64,000 bases of DNA from Macrostomum hystrix (lineage: Eukaryota > Animalia > Platyhelminthes): positions 12,958,001-13,022,000 of the forward strand of contig CATNEN010000003.1 of assembly GCA_950097015.1 (NCBI GenBank), given 5' to 3'. The translations under genes were made by a program, and so were the position numbers. Below, piece after piece: positions 35,301 to 48,319 of this stretch (position 1 is its first letter; every line of letters starts with the position of its first letter). A model generated the notes under the pieces. It did not search any database. It worked only from the letters and a program-made list of their open reading frames with translations, and was not told the DNA's origin.

Positions 35301-38300
35301 CCAAGTTAATCTCCTCTATGGAATCTGAGCGTTAATCTCCAAGTTAATCCCCAAGTTAATCTCCTCTATGGAATCTGAGCGTTAATCTCCAAGTTAATCC
35401 CCAAGTTAATCTCCTCTATGGAATCTGAGCGTTAATCTCCAAGTTAATCCCCAAGTTAATCTCCTCTATGGAATCTGAGCGTTAATCTCCAAGTTAATCC
35501 CCAAGTTAATCTCCTCTATGGAATCTGAGCGTTAATCTCCAAGTTAATCCCCAAGTTAATCTCCTCTATGGAATCTGAGCGTTAATCTCCAAGTTAATCC
35601 CCAAGTTAATCTCCTCTATGGAATCTGAGCGTTAATCTCCAAGTTAATCCCCAAGTTAATCTCCTCTATGGAATCTGAGCGTTAATCTCCAAGTTAATCC
35701 CCAAGTTAATCTCCTCTATGGAATCTGAGCGTTAATCTCCAAGTTAATCCCCAAGTTAATCTCCTCTATGGAATCTGAGCGTTAATCTCCAAGTTAATCC
35801 CCAAGTTAATCTCCTCTATGGAATCTGAGCGTTAATCTCCAAGTTAATCCCCAAGTTAATCTCCTCTATGGAATCTGAGCGTTAATCTCCAAGTTAATCC
35901 CCAAGTTAATCTCCTCTATGGAATCTGAGCGTTAATCTCCAACTTAATCCCCAAGTTAATCTCCTCTATGAAATCTGAGCGTTAATTTCCAAGTTAATCC
36001 CCAAGCTACTCTCCTATATGGGATCTGAGCGTTAATTTCCAAGTTAATCCCCAAGCTACTCTCCTATATGGGATCTGAGCTATTTGTTTAGTTAATCTAC
36101 TTTATGATGTCAAGGATTAATTTCCCAGTTAATCTCTTCTTTGGTATCTGTTTGTTAATCTCTCCAGCTTCGGGTTGGCTGCTTCTGCAATGTTGGCGCC
36201 TGTCAGCGCTACCTGAACATCACGGATGAGCAATTATTAAACAATCTTCGCGCCGGGCACGTCTGCGGTGACAGTGTCGACTTAGTCGACGGTAGGCCTA
36301 CTGGCGCAGTGCGGGCCTCATTCGGCTACATGTCGGATGAATCCGACGCGGACGCTTTGATCTCAATGGTGGCGGAGAATTTCGTTCTGACAAAGCTGAT
36401 ACCGCCAATTCCTGGCTTGGCGACGCCGTCTTTGATGTCCATGTCACGCGACGAGCTCGCCAGCTTGTTCCGCGGAGGTGTCGTGGACGGCGGCAACATC
36501 AAAGCGTCAGTCAATAGCGGCGCCGCCCATTTGGCTCGCATCTTTCTCTATCCGGTGAAATCGTGCGCCGCCTTTGAAGTCGCCGCCAGTTGGCCAGTAG
36601 ATGGTCGGGGTTTTTATCTGGACAGGCACTGGATGGTTGTTAACGAGTCTGGCCTCTGTCTGACTATGAAACGAGAGTCGCGTCTTAGTCAGGTATGTTT
36701 AAATGGTTTCGCACGGTTGTCGGAGCTTAAAAATAGATTTCTATAGTGTATTAGTATATACTCTATTAGTATACAAAATAAAGTAAATCTGCTGTCTGGC
36801 AGGCATTGTGCAACTGTAACTCCTTCTTCTAAGGAAAAATTACAAAAAATATTTAATAAAATGCATAAAATGCATTTGTGCTACTGTCTAATTAGTAGTA
36901 CTTTATAATAATAATAATAATTGCATGAGGGCTGCGGGCAGTGGCACATTATTTGGTGACACTAGACTCGCAGCCAGCAAGGAGGCAATACTGCCAATTT
37001 GGCAGACTCCTGAGCACACACACACAGGTGTGTACATCCGCCCTGATTTTCTCATCATCAGGCAGTGTACACTCTCACTGTGCCTTGGAGGTTGGTCCTC
37101 AAGGGCGTAGATTGCACGACAAGCCGCCAAGCCTTCTCTCCGCGGCTGCATCCTAAATTAATGTGGCATCACCGCGGAATCGAGCTCCGAGCCACCGACC
37201 TCCTATTAGTAGTATCTACTCAATACATTTACCTTGAGATTTACCGCCAATCCTCAGGTACGGCCGTTCATCGACCTAGAAAAGCGGCTACTTATTATGA
37301 ACTCTCCCCAAGCCGAACGCAACGTAATTGTGCCGATGGACGCCGGGCATCAGACTGCAGCCCTCTGCCTCAGCAGCCGCGTCTGCGGCAGCCGGGTTCG
37401 CCTATTGGACTGCGGACAGGCCGCCGCCGACTGGCTGGAGGCCGTCATCGGCTATCCCTGCCGGCTGGTCCGCCAGGACGGAGCCCGCATGGCCAAGACT
37501 GGCGAACAGGTCTGTCTCTCTGTCTGTCTGTCTGCCTGCCTGCCTGTCTGTCTGTGTGTCTGTGTGTCTGTCTGTCTGTCTGTCTGTCTGTGTGTCTGTG
37601 TGTCTGTCTGTCCTACTAAAATCTTCAATATTCCGTCCTTGTCCTGACTTGCCGCGACTCTTATTTATCCCCGGCCAAATATCGCAGGCCATCTCGCTAG
37701 CCAATGAGCAGCAGTTTCTTCTGCTCAACGAAGCCAGCGTCGCCCACCTGCTCGACTGCATCGGTGGTGAGAGTCCACTGGACCTTCCCCAGCTAATCGG
37801 CAGGTTTCGAGCCAATCTGGTCATTCGCGGCTGTCAGGCCATGTCCGAGGAGGCCTGGACTCGATTGAGCATTGGTGATAGAAAGTTTATAGCCCACGGT
37901 GTCTGCACTCGGTGAGTTACTAAAGAGAGAGCGGATTGAAGAGGTAGGGAGCGGATTGATGAGGTAGGGAGCGGATTGATGAGGTAGGTAGCGGTTTAAA
38001 GAGGTAGGGAGCGGACTGATGAGGTGGGGAGCAGATTGATGAGGTAGGGAGCTTATTAAAGAGGTAGGGAGCGGATTGATGAAATGGGGAGCAGATTGAT
38101 GAGGTGGGAAGCGGATTAAAGAGTAAGGGAGCGGATTGAATATTTATGGAGCGGATATAGTTGGTAGAGAGCGGATATAGTTGTTAGACAGCGGATATGG
38201 TTGGTAAAGAGCGGATTGAGTTGGTAGAGAGCGGATTGAGTTGGTAGACAGCGGATATGATTGGTAGAGAGCGGATATGGTTGGTAGAGAGCGGATTGAG

Positions 38301-39304
38301 TAAGTAGAGAGCGGATTGAGTTAGTAGACAGCGGATATGGTTGGTAGACAGCGGATATGATTGGTAGAGAGCGGATTGAGTTAGTAGACAGCGGATATGG
38401 TTGGTAGACAGCGGATATGGTTGGTAGGGAGCGGATATGGTTGGTAGAGAGCGGATTAAGTTAGTAGACAGCGGATATGGTTGGTAGACAGCGGATATGG
38501 TTGGTAGACAGCGGATATGATTGGTAGAGAGCGGATATGGTTGGTAGGGAGCGGATATGGTTGGTAGGGAGCGGATATGGTTGGTAGGGAGCGGATATGG
38601 TTGGTAGGGAGCGGATATGGTTGGTAGGGAGCGGATATGGTTGGTAGAGAGCGGATATGGTTGGTAGGGAGCGGATATGGTTGGTAGGGAGCGGATATGG
38701 TTGGTAGGGAGCGGATATGGTTGGTAGGGAGCGGATATGGTTGGTAGGGAGCGGATATGGTTGGTAGAGAGCGGATATGGTTGGTAGGGAGCGGATATGG
38801 TTGGTAGGGAGCGGATATGGTTGGTAGGGAGCGGATATGGTTGGTAGGGAGCGGATATGGTTGGTAGGGAGCGGATATGGTTGGTAGGGAGCGGATATGG
38901 TTGGTAGGGAGCGGATATGGTTGGTAGGGAGCGGATATGGTTGGTAGGGAGCGGATATGGTTGGTAGGGAGCGGATATGGTTGGTAGGGAGCGGATATGG
39001 TTGGTAGGGAGCGGATATGGTTGGTAGGGAGCGGATATGGTTGGTAGGGAGCGGATAACAGTGATGTAAGCTCAGTCCAATCTCTCATTTCCCGCCTGTC
39101 AGTTGCGACATGATCGGCATCGATCAGGACACGGGCGAATCCACAGTGGAACCGATGCGCACCCTGTCACAGATGAAAGGCGGCGCTTTAAAGTTTGGCC
39201 TGTACGTTTCGGCGGCGCCTGATACTCTGTCCTCCAGATCGGAGGCAGTCGAAGATGGGCCCACATTTCAATTGGCCGTTGGCGATGTTATCAAGGCTGA
39301 ATAA
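29345..39304 (+). CDS. MOCOS: Molybdenum cofactor sulfurase (NifS-like PLP domain + MOSC), ~773 aa
   Basis: Exons 29345-29497, 32738-33340, 33987-34349, 36168-36692, 37258-37509, 37688-37911, 39103-39304, all GT-AG and in frame. Motifs: YLDHAGATLY, VFTSGATAA, FAFPAQCNFSG, SFYKMFGYPTGLGAL, LRVGCFCNVGACQ, YPVKSCA, SLANEQQFLL, RFRANLVI, CTRCDMIGIDQ. Confidence 0.95.
30102..31986 (-). pseudogene. Helitron Rep/helicase N-terminal fragment (STPR-type repeats, Zn finger), frameshifted near 30683 and truncated
   Basis: CARCNALRWANETPGMCC, YNSCFQMTSFGA, FKVQGQVYH / GSLLP..PKFQQIYF, ERRYNAP, YDTLQYPLIFWDGEDGY; no HUH nuclease or Pif1 motifs. Confidence 0.88.
31180..31690 (-). repeat. 69-bp coding tandem repeat (23 aa RRNETAVQTQQRQEQNRDRTAEA), 7 identical copies + 1 diverged
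   Basis: CATTGCGACGGGCC recurs at 31182, 31251 ... 31665. Confidence 0.95.
33445..33840. repeat. 22-bp minisatellite (AAGTGCCATTTTCTAATCAAAT)n
   Basis: MOCOS intron 2. Confidence 0.92.
34385..36085. repeat. Compound 38-bp / 50-bp minisatellite built on GTTAATC subunits
   Basis: MOCOS intron 3; period 38 at 34501/34539, period 50 from ~35160. Confidence 0.95.
36904..37198 (-). mobile_element. SINE family B with (ATT)n tail
   Basis: Shared body, 3' stem-loop and ATT tail; MOCOS intron 4. Confidence 0.82.
37510..37612. repeat. TCTG/TG microsatellite
   Basis: Starts at the donor of MOCOS intron 5. Confidence 0.9.
37930..39056. repeat. 20-bp minisatellite (GCGGATATGGTTGGTAGGGA)n
   Basis: MOCOS intron 6; diverged 5' copies grade into homogeneous 3' copies. 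Confidence 0.95.
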
Positions 39305-39529
39305 TTACCTATTTACCTATTGCCTACTTAACTGATTTGGTGCTAATTTGAATCAAGGAATCAATCCGAAATTCACATTTGATTCATTGCTATTGAATCA
39401 TTAGGCTACATTCCGTCTGCAATTTTTCAAATTGTTTAATCGCCGTTTTTTACAGTAAAAATATTTGTTTACCTGTTGCACTGATTTATTTATCTTTCAA
39501 TTAGATACTTTTATTTAGCTGAGTACAGG

Positions 39530-40015
39530 ATTAGGGATCTATAGAATGACCAGATAATTAGATTATGGAATGAACAGATTAAAGGATTTTAGCATACCAG
39601 ATTAAGGGATTTTAGCATACCAGATTAGGGGATTATAGCATACCAGTTTAGGGGATTATAGAATACCAGATTAGGGGATTATAGCATACCATATTAGGGG
39701 ATTATAGCATACCAGATTAGGGGATTATGGAATACCAGATTAGGGGATTATAGCATACCAGATTAGGGGATTATAGCATACCAGATAAGGGGATTATAGA
39801 ATACCAGATTAGGGGATTATATCATACCAGTTTAAGGGATTATAGCATACAAGATTAGGGGATTATAGAATACCAGATTAGGGGATTATAGAATACCAGA
39901 TTAGGGGATTATAGAATACCAGATTAGGGGATTATAGAATACCAGATTAGGGGATTATATCATACCAGTTTAAGGGATTATAGCATACCAGATTAGGGGA
40001 TTATATCATGACCAG
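39530..40015. repeat. 23-bp minisatellite (CCAGATTAGGGGATTATAGCATA)n
   Basis: Intergenic between MOCOS and the ZNF gene. Confidence 0.92.
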
Positions 40016-40515
40016 CTTAATGGATTCAGATTAGTGGATTATAGAATAGGGGAATAAAGAATTACCAGAGGTACGAAGACCATTAAGAATGACCAGTGGG
40101 TTTTATTTTATGTACAGTATTGGCATAAACTAAAGCATAGTGCTTAAAGTTGTAGAAAATGTAGAATTTTATTATCATTTTATTTATTTGTTTATTCTTT
40201 CTATCTTAGAAATATCCTTTAACCATGACGAAGAGGTCTATAAATAAGGGTGTAATTTTAACACTATCAAAATCAATATTCTTGATGTTTCAGACGCAGA
40301 AGTTTCAATCATAAAATTTTTATAACAAAATATACCGTTTTTATACAAAAAAGTCCTTTTGATTTATTGATTTTTTTCATTAAAGCAAAATATTTGTACT
40401 GCTGTTTTTTAACTTAAGTGCAGAAATAAAAATATATAGATCAAATTATAATAGGTAAATTTTTCGGGGAAAAATATGTTTTTTTAACGCAACAATTTCA
40501 GCATTTTCTGTTCGC

Positions 40516-42107
40516 ATGTACTGTCCAACATCTAAAGAAGGTTACCATGGCAACAATCACAACGATCCAAATATTTCCGCGGCAGCAACAGGAGCCCAGC
40601 ACCAGCAGTCAACTTGTCCTCAGCAGCAGCAGCAGCAGGGCGATCTGTTTGTCTGTGGTCGGTGTTCCATCAGATTTCACAATATTGATCAATTTCTAGT
40701 GCACAGGAGTACCGCTTGCCCATTGGCGCAGAGTAATGTCATCTCAACGGACCGACTTCTGGCTCACCTACAACAGGGACAGCCGATTCAGTATCAACAG
40801 CAGCATTATCATCATTCTCATGATTCTCATTATCATGAGCAGCAGCAGCAGCAGCAGCAGGTGTCCGATGGCAATCTGACAATGTCTAACGAGGCAGTCT
40901 GTGCCAGTATTGCTGCTAATCAACAAATTCATCAAACTGCTGATACTGGAATCACACAATTCATTGGCGCACCCGACACTGCCGCTCAGGTTAGTCCTAA
41001 GAAGTTGACGCATTTTTAATCCATTTGTGTGTACTTCTGATTTCTTGTTTTCGCATTGAATTCGTTATCTTTTCTTATTTACCTAATCCCTTTTCTCATT
41101 TATCTAAACCACTTCTTTATTTGCTTAATCTGTTTCCTTACTTCCACTAATCCGTTTCTTAATTACCCAATCCATTCCCCTAATCCGTTTCTCACTTACC
41201 CAACCCATTCCCCTAATCCGTTTCTCACTTACCCAACCCATTCCCCTAATCCGTTTCTCACTTACCCAACCCATTCCCCTAATCCGTTTCTCACTTACCC
41301 AATCCATTTCCCTAATCCGTTTCTCACTTACCCAATTAATCTTCCTTAATCCGTTTCCCTTGTATTCCAAATTCATTAATCCGCATTCTTTATCTATTTT
41401 CTTAATCGCATTCATGATTTGCATTTCTTTAAAACCCTAATCCGTTTCTTTACTTGCCTTTACTTACTCGCTTTTCTCGAAATCGAATTAAAAATTTCAA
41501 ACTCAAAGGATTTCTTGTCGAAATTCATAAAAAATGCATTTTTCGCTACATTTCGGCTATTGATTTATGATTTACTATTATCCCAAATTAAACATTTTAC
41601 AGGCCTACAATTCCAACTATAGCACAGTGGCCAATCTTGGCGACTGCACTGTCGCCATGAGTCAAAACGGTTATTATGATTCGGCAGCACTGACTGCTCA
41701 TAACAATGCTAATCGAACTCAGCAGCAGCAGACACAAGCTCTAGACGATCAGCAATCAGCTCTGCCCCTCACTACACTACTATCGGAAGCGTCAGTAGTA
41801 TTAGATGTTGTTGGATCCAATGCTGCGCCTATCAGTACAGCCCAAGTGTCTGCAGATAATCCATGCTTTGATTATCAACAGCATCAGTATCAACCACAGC
41901 AGCATTATCACCAAACTGAACATATTGCAGCTTACACTGATCACTATGTACATCAGCATCAGCATCAACAGCCAGTTATTGAATCGTCTAACTACTTGTC
42001 GAATAGTCATCATCAGCATTATCATCCCCACCAAGATCCTCATTACAATCAGCATTATCAACATCATCAGCACCAAGTATTTGAAAACGGGTCCTATGTC
42101 TGCCAGC

Positions 42108-42148
<41 letters not shown>

Positions 42149-45100
42149 AAACATCATAATCATCATCAACAACAACAATATCAACAACAACATCATCAAC
42201 AACAACAACAACAACAACAACAACCGAATGTTTCGGAGCCAGCTTCATCTGCAACAATGCAGCATCGTTTATCGTCGTACAATGTTGCTCATACTACTGA
42301 TAATGCTACTTCTAGTAGTCATCAACGCAACTACAATCAAAGTAAAAGTGGGAAATATAGAGCGTCCGGCCAAATTGTTCAGGCAAGCACTAATCGACCG
42401 CAATCGTTTCCTTGCACAATGTGCGATCTAGTTTGCAAGCATCAGAATCAATTGACGCTTCATATGCGCAAACACACGGGTTAGTACATTTTTCGTATAT
42501 TTTTACTTTTTATGCACAGTTCTACTTGTTAAACAATTTAGTAGTGTAGTGCGCAAATTTTGCGGCTCAGAAAACAAGTTTCCGTGGGTTTTATTCATTG
42601 ACGTCTTATGATATCAATGAATTTTTTTCATACACATTGATAGGTACATATAGATATGATTCCATTTTTATTTTATTTAGAATCCTAATGAAGGATTAGA
42701 AATAATGATATATGAATTTAATTTTCGATACATATCTGATAGGGTCATGAATTTTCTTGCAACGTTTCAATACATATCGGATAGGGCACTGAAGTATTTC
42801 GTTAATTTTTCGATACATATCGTCTTTAAAATCTATTCACCAACCCCGCAGGCGAGAAGCCATTCCAATGCGTCATCTGTGGCCGGTCGTTCTCGCTAAA
42901 GCACAATGTTCGCAAGCACATGAATTCGCACAAGATTTGGCCAGCCGTGACTTCACAGCCGTTGCCGTCGTCAAATTTGACTTCGGCAGTCGCCACAGCG
43001 GATCCTGATGAACAGTGCAATGAAGCCGACGCAACTGCGGCCGCGATCGAAGCTGACGAGGACGCCGCTGCCTCTGCATTGACAAAATCTGCATCGTCAG
43101 CAACAGCAGCAGCGGGCTCTTCCGCGGTTCCCACCGATGCCTTGGTAGTTCGACCGTCCAAGTCAATTAGCGCGGCGGTTCGAGTGAAAGCTTACACGAT
43201 TCTGGAATCGGATGGGCTTGGAAGAAATTCGGCCGAACCTCTGGTAAAACCTCTATTTAAATGGTCTCTATTAAAATCTTCAGGATCATTCTGAAATCTT
43301 CGGGATCCTTTAAAATCGTCAGATTCATTCTGAAATCTTCAGGATCATTCTGAAATCTTCAGGATCATTCTGAAATCTTCAGAATCATTCTGAAATCGTC
43401 AGGATCCTTCTGAAATCTTCAGGATCATTCTGACATCTTCAGGATCATTCTGAAATCTTCAGGATCATTCTGAAATCGTCAGGATCATTCTGAAATCTTC
43501 AGGATCATTCTGAAATATTCAGGATCATTCTGAAATCGTCAGGATCATTCTGAAATCTTCAGGATCATTCTGAAATCGTCAGGATCATTCTGAAATCGTC
43601 AGGATCATTCTGAAATCTTCAGGATCATTCTGAAATCTTCAGGATCATTCTGAAATCTTCAGGATCATTCTGAAATGTTCAGGATCATTCTGAAATCTTC
43701 AGGATCATTCTGAAATCTTCAGGATCTCAAATCTTCAGGGCCATGGGTTTAAAAGTGGATTTCTTCATCTCCAACATTGCTGAAGGTTCTGGTGGACAGT
43801 CGTCACGAGTGTCGCTTCTGCAATCAGTGCTTCCCCAGCTATCACAGGCTGCGCAGTCATCTGCATCAGCTGCACGAACAGTGCAAAGTCTATCGCTGCC
43901 TGCTAGCAGCTTGTCAGTTCCAGTGCGGCCAGCTTGATCCGTTCCTTCGTCACCTGGATCAGCACCGCACAGCGGGTGAACTGGCCTATCCCTGTCACCT
44001 GTGCGGCAAACAGCTGCCAACATTGCAGCTCCTGGCTCTGCACGAGGCTGCTCACGGGCCGCCTAATCGGGCCGAATCTGATGTTGAAGACGAAGACGAC
44101 GATGTTCAGGATGTTGGCAAAGTTCGAGGACGAAGGACAGCTCATAGAGAGCCTGCTCGGTTGGTGATTCATATTTATGTACTCTGGGTGTCAGTTGGTG
44201 TATTGTTGTGGGTGTCAGGAGTTGGTGTATTGTTGATGGTGTCAGGAGCTGCTGTATTTGGATGTCAGAAGCTACTGTAGTGGGATGTCAGGTGCTGTTG
44301 TATCGGGATGTCAGAAGCTACTGTAGTGGGATGTCAGAAGCTACTGTAGTGGGATGTCAGAAGCTACTGTAGTGGGATGTCAGAAGCTACTGTAGTGGGA
44401 TGTCAGAAGCTACTGTAGTGGGATGTCAGAAGCTACTGTAGTGGGATGTCAGAAGCTACTGTAGTGGGATGTCAGAAGCTACTGTAGTGGGATGTCAGAA
44501 GCTACTGTAGTGGGATGTCAGAAGCTACTGTAGTGGGATGTCAGAAGCTACTGTAGTGGGATGTCAGAAGCTACTGTAGTGGGATGTCAGAAGCTACTGT
44601 AGTGGGATGTCAGAAGCTACTGTAGTGGGATGTCAGAAGCTACTGTAGTGGGATTTCAGAAGCTACTGTAGTGGGATGTCAGAAGCTACTGTAGTGGGAT
44701 TTCAGAAGCTACTGTACTGGGATGTCAGAAGCTACTGTAGTGGGATGTCAGAAGCTACTGTAGTGGGATGTCAGGTGCTGTTGTATCGGGATCTCAGAAG
44801 CTACTGTAGTGGGATGTCAGAAGCTACTGTAGTGGGATGTCAGAAGCTACTGTAGTGGGATGTCAGGTGCTGTTGTATCGGGATCTCAGAAGCTACTGTA
44901 GTGGGATGTCAGAAGCTACTGTAGTGGGATGTCAGAAGCTACTGTAGTGGGATGTCAGAAGCTACTGTAGTGGGATGTCAGAAGCTACTGTAGTGGGATT
45001 TCAGAAGCTACTGTAGTGGGATGTCAGAAGCTACTGTAGTGGGATTTCAGAAGCTACTGTAGTGGGATGTCAGAAGCTACTGTAGTGGGATGTCAGAAGC

Positions 45101-47552
45101 TACTGTACTGGGATGTCAGAAGCTACTGTACTGGGATGTCAGAAGCTACTGTAGTGGGATGTCAGAAGCTACTGTACTGGGATGTCAGAAGCTACTGTAG
45201 TGGGATGTCAGAATCTACTGTAGTGGGATGTCAGAAGCTACTGTAGTGGGATGTCAGAAGCTACTGTAGTGGGATGTCAGAAGCTACTGTACTGGGATGT
45301 CAGAAGCTACTGTACTGGGATGTCAGAAGCTACTGTAGTGGGATTTCAGAAGCTACTGTAGTGGGATGTCAGAAGCTACTGTACTGGGATGTCAGAAGCT
45401 ACTGTAGTGGGATGTCAGAAGCTGCTGTAGTGGGATGTCAGAAGCTACTGTAGTGGGATTTCAGAAGCTACTGTAGTGGGATGTCAGAAGCTACTGTAGT
45501 GGGATGTCAGAAGCTACTGTAGTGGGATGTCAGGTGCTGTTGTATCGGGATCTCAGAAGCTACTGTAGTGGGATGTCAGAAGCTACTGTAGTGGGATGTC
45601 AGAAGCTACTGTAGTGGGATGTCAGAAGCTACTGTAGTGGGATTTCAGAAGCTACTGTAGTGGGATGTCAGAAGCTACTGTAGTGGGATTTCAGAAGCTA
45701 CTGTAGTGGGATGTCAGAAGCTACTGTAGTGGGATGTCAGAAGCTACTGTAGTGGGATGTCAGGTGCTGTTGTATCGGGATCTCAGAAGCTACTGTAGTG
45801 GGATGTCAGAAGCTACTGTAGTGGGATGTCAGAAGCTACTGTAGTGGGATGTCAGAAGCTACTGTAGTGGGATGTCAGAAGCTACTGTAGTGGGATTTCA
45901 GAAGCTACTGTAGTGGGATGTCAGAAGCTACTGTAGTGGGATTTCAGAAGCTACTGTAGTGGGATGTCAGAAGCTACTGTAGTGGGATGTCAGAAGCTAC
46001 TGTACTGGGATGTCAGAAGCTACTGTACTGGGATGTCAGAAGCTACTGTAGTGGGATGTCAGAAGCTACTGTACTGGGATGTCAGAAGCTACTGTAGTGG
46101 GATGTCAGAATCTACTGTAGTGGGATGTCAGAAGCTACTGTAGTGGGATGTCAGAAGCTACTGTAGTGGGATGTCAGAAGCTACTGTAGTGGGATGTCAG
46201 AAGCTACTGTACTGGGATGTCAGAAGCTACTGTAGTGGGATTTCAGAAGCTACTGTAGTGGGATGTCAGAAGCTACTGTAGTGGGATGTCAGAAGCTGCT
46301 GTAGTGGGATGTCAGAAGCTGCTGTAGTGGGATGTCAGAAGCTACTGTAGTGGGATGTCAGAAGCTACTGTACTGGGATGTCAGAAGCTACTGTAGTGGG
46401 ATATCAGAATCTACTGTAGTGGGATGTCAGAAGCTACTGTACTGGGATGTCAGAAGCTGCTGTAGTGGGATGTCAGAAGCTGCTATAGTGGGATGTCAGA
46501 AGCTACTGTAGTGGGATGTCAGAAGCTGCTGTAGTGGGACACCTGGATCTGTTGTATTAAAATGAAGTCTCATTTTCCCCCGCAGACGCGGCAGCGGTCG
46601 ATGCCTAACTGTGACCAGTTTTCGTTGTCAAGAATGTGGCGCCCGTTTCAAATCGGCCCGAGCCGCCCAGGTGCACAGGCACCGAGCGCATCACAGCTCT
46701 CATCGCTGCCCAGTGTGTAGGCGTAAGTTTGTTTTCTATCAGCGTCTGCGAGCGCATATGGCTAGTCACGGCGCCCTACGAGAAGAGCTTAGAGATCGGT
46801 CAATCAAGGTTACTACCAGCGCCGAACGTAATTTCGCCTGTCCGCTTTGCCCGAATCGCTACGGTAGAAAAGTTCGATTGGATCATCATCTAGTAACGGC
46901 GCACACTTCTAGATCGTCTTCTACAGCGTCAGCTAGCAGTAACAGCTTAGCCTGTCCGATACCTGGCTGTCAGAAGCGTTGCTCGAATCACGCTCTACTA
47001 AAGCTGCACCTGTTGCGCAGGCATGCCGATTCTGTTGCCGATGCTAGAGTTACGAATTTCGACTGCGATATCTGTCCTAGGAAGCTGTACAATAGGCGGG
47101 CCTTCATTCGTCACATGCGTAAGCACGAATCGATTTTGCCAACTGGTTCAAATCAGGTCCCACTGGCCTGTCAGATCTGCGGCAAATTATTCAAGAGATT
47201 GACAGCTTTGGATAAGCACAAGACTGCTTGTCTAGATAGGCAACAACTCAGGCAGCAGATTGTTAAACAGCGACAATCTGCTAAGCAATCTGCTAAGCCT
47301 ACTGTCGATTCTACTACTGACAGTAGGCTAAGACGTTCCAATAGGCTTCAATGCAAGAAGGCAATAGTGCAGCAGCAGCAGCAACAGGTAGAAGTGCAAC
47401 AGCAGGCTGGCAATTCTGAGATTCAAACCTATCATTGTCTTGAACCGGCTTCGTCAGTAAATTATAATCAGCAGCAGCAGCAACAGCATGAAAGCTTTTT
47501 GCAATTATTGCCCGATCTGGATTCTAGCAGTTGTTGTCTGTCTATTGAATGA
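40516..47552 (+). CDS. ZNF341: ZNF341-like C2H2 zinc-finger transcription factor, ~1027 aa
   Basis: Exons 40516-40989, 41603-42479, 42852-43243, 43786-44159, 46586-47552 in frame. N-terminal DLFVCGRC finger, [33 protein letters not shown] and [27 protein letters not shown] follow the ZNF341 finger order as recalled. Confidence 0.85.
41140..41355. repeat. 33-bp tandem repeat (CCCTAATCCGTTTCTCACTTACCCAACCCATTC)
   Basis: ZNF intron 1. Confidence 0.88.
43272..43730. repeat. 20-bp minisatellite (AGGATCATTCTGAAATCTTC)n
   Basis: ZNF intron 3. Confidence 0.95.
44260..46540. repeat. 23-bp minisatellite (TGTAGTGGGATGTCAGAAGCTAC)n, ~100 copies
   Basis: ZNF intron 4; a recurring variant unit GGTGCTGTTGTATCGGGATCTCA marks block duplications. 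Confidence 0.96.
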
Positions 47553-47822
47553 CTCTTAACTGCAGATCAGATTTAATCGCAACCTAATAAATTCAATTCT
47601 AACTATCTTATTGCTTTCAATTTAGTTACAACTTTTAATTACGAATGCAAAGAAATTGCGACATAATCTTGTCAAGCATTTTTAATAAATTAAATTTATA
47701 ATTGTGTATTTACATTCAAAATTCCGCACTTCTGTAATGAAAATGTTGTTTTGCCTCTGTACTTCATTTAATATACTTTATAACTCAACGTAAGCACCTT
47801 ATGTTAAATTTAAGAATATACT

Positions 47823-48237
47823 TGGATGTCAGCAACCTTCTGTACTTTGCGAGCAGGAGAGAGAACCCAATAGATGACGGCGGGACGGGTTTGTATCGGA
47901 GAGATAAGACAGGAGAGACGTGACATTAGAGAGATTAGACATAAGATAGATGATTCAGAAATTAGAAGCGGGAGAGAAGACAGGAAGCGAGATTAGACAC
48001 GATAAAGAGCGAGAGAGAGAGAGAGAGAGAGATAAGACGGGGAGAGATATGAGAAGGGCAGAGATGGGACAGGAGAGAGATTAGACATGGAAAATATGAG
48101 ACGGGAAAGATGAGACAGGGAGAGAGATGAATGAGATTAAAGAAAGATAAAAAAGGAGAGATAATACAGGGGAGGGGGAGATGAGACTGGTGAGAGTATG
48201 TTTTTGATGGGGCCATAGGGCCGGGATGAGTTCGACA
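47823..48237 (+). mobile_element. Degenerate near-full-length hAT MITE copy
   Basis: GTCAGCAACCTT..GCGAGC..GAGAGAACC..GACGGCGGG resembles the 5' end of 9621-10001; GA-rich interior; decayed 3' end. Confidence 0.65.
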
Positions 48238-48319
48238 AAAGTGACAAAATCAACGATTAACGATAAACGAGTAACAATTATAATATTTTCCGTCTTTCAG
48301 TTTGAATCAGCCAATTGAA

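Noticed and set aside
39530-40015. Interstitial telomeric repeat
   Set aside because: TTAGGG occurs once per 23-bp unit and is never tandem.
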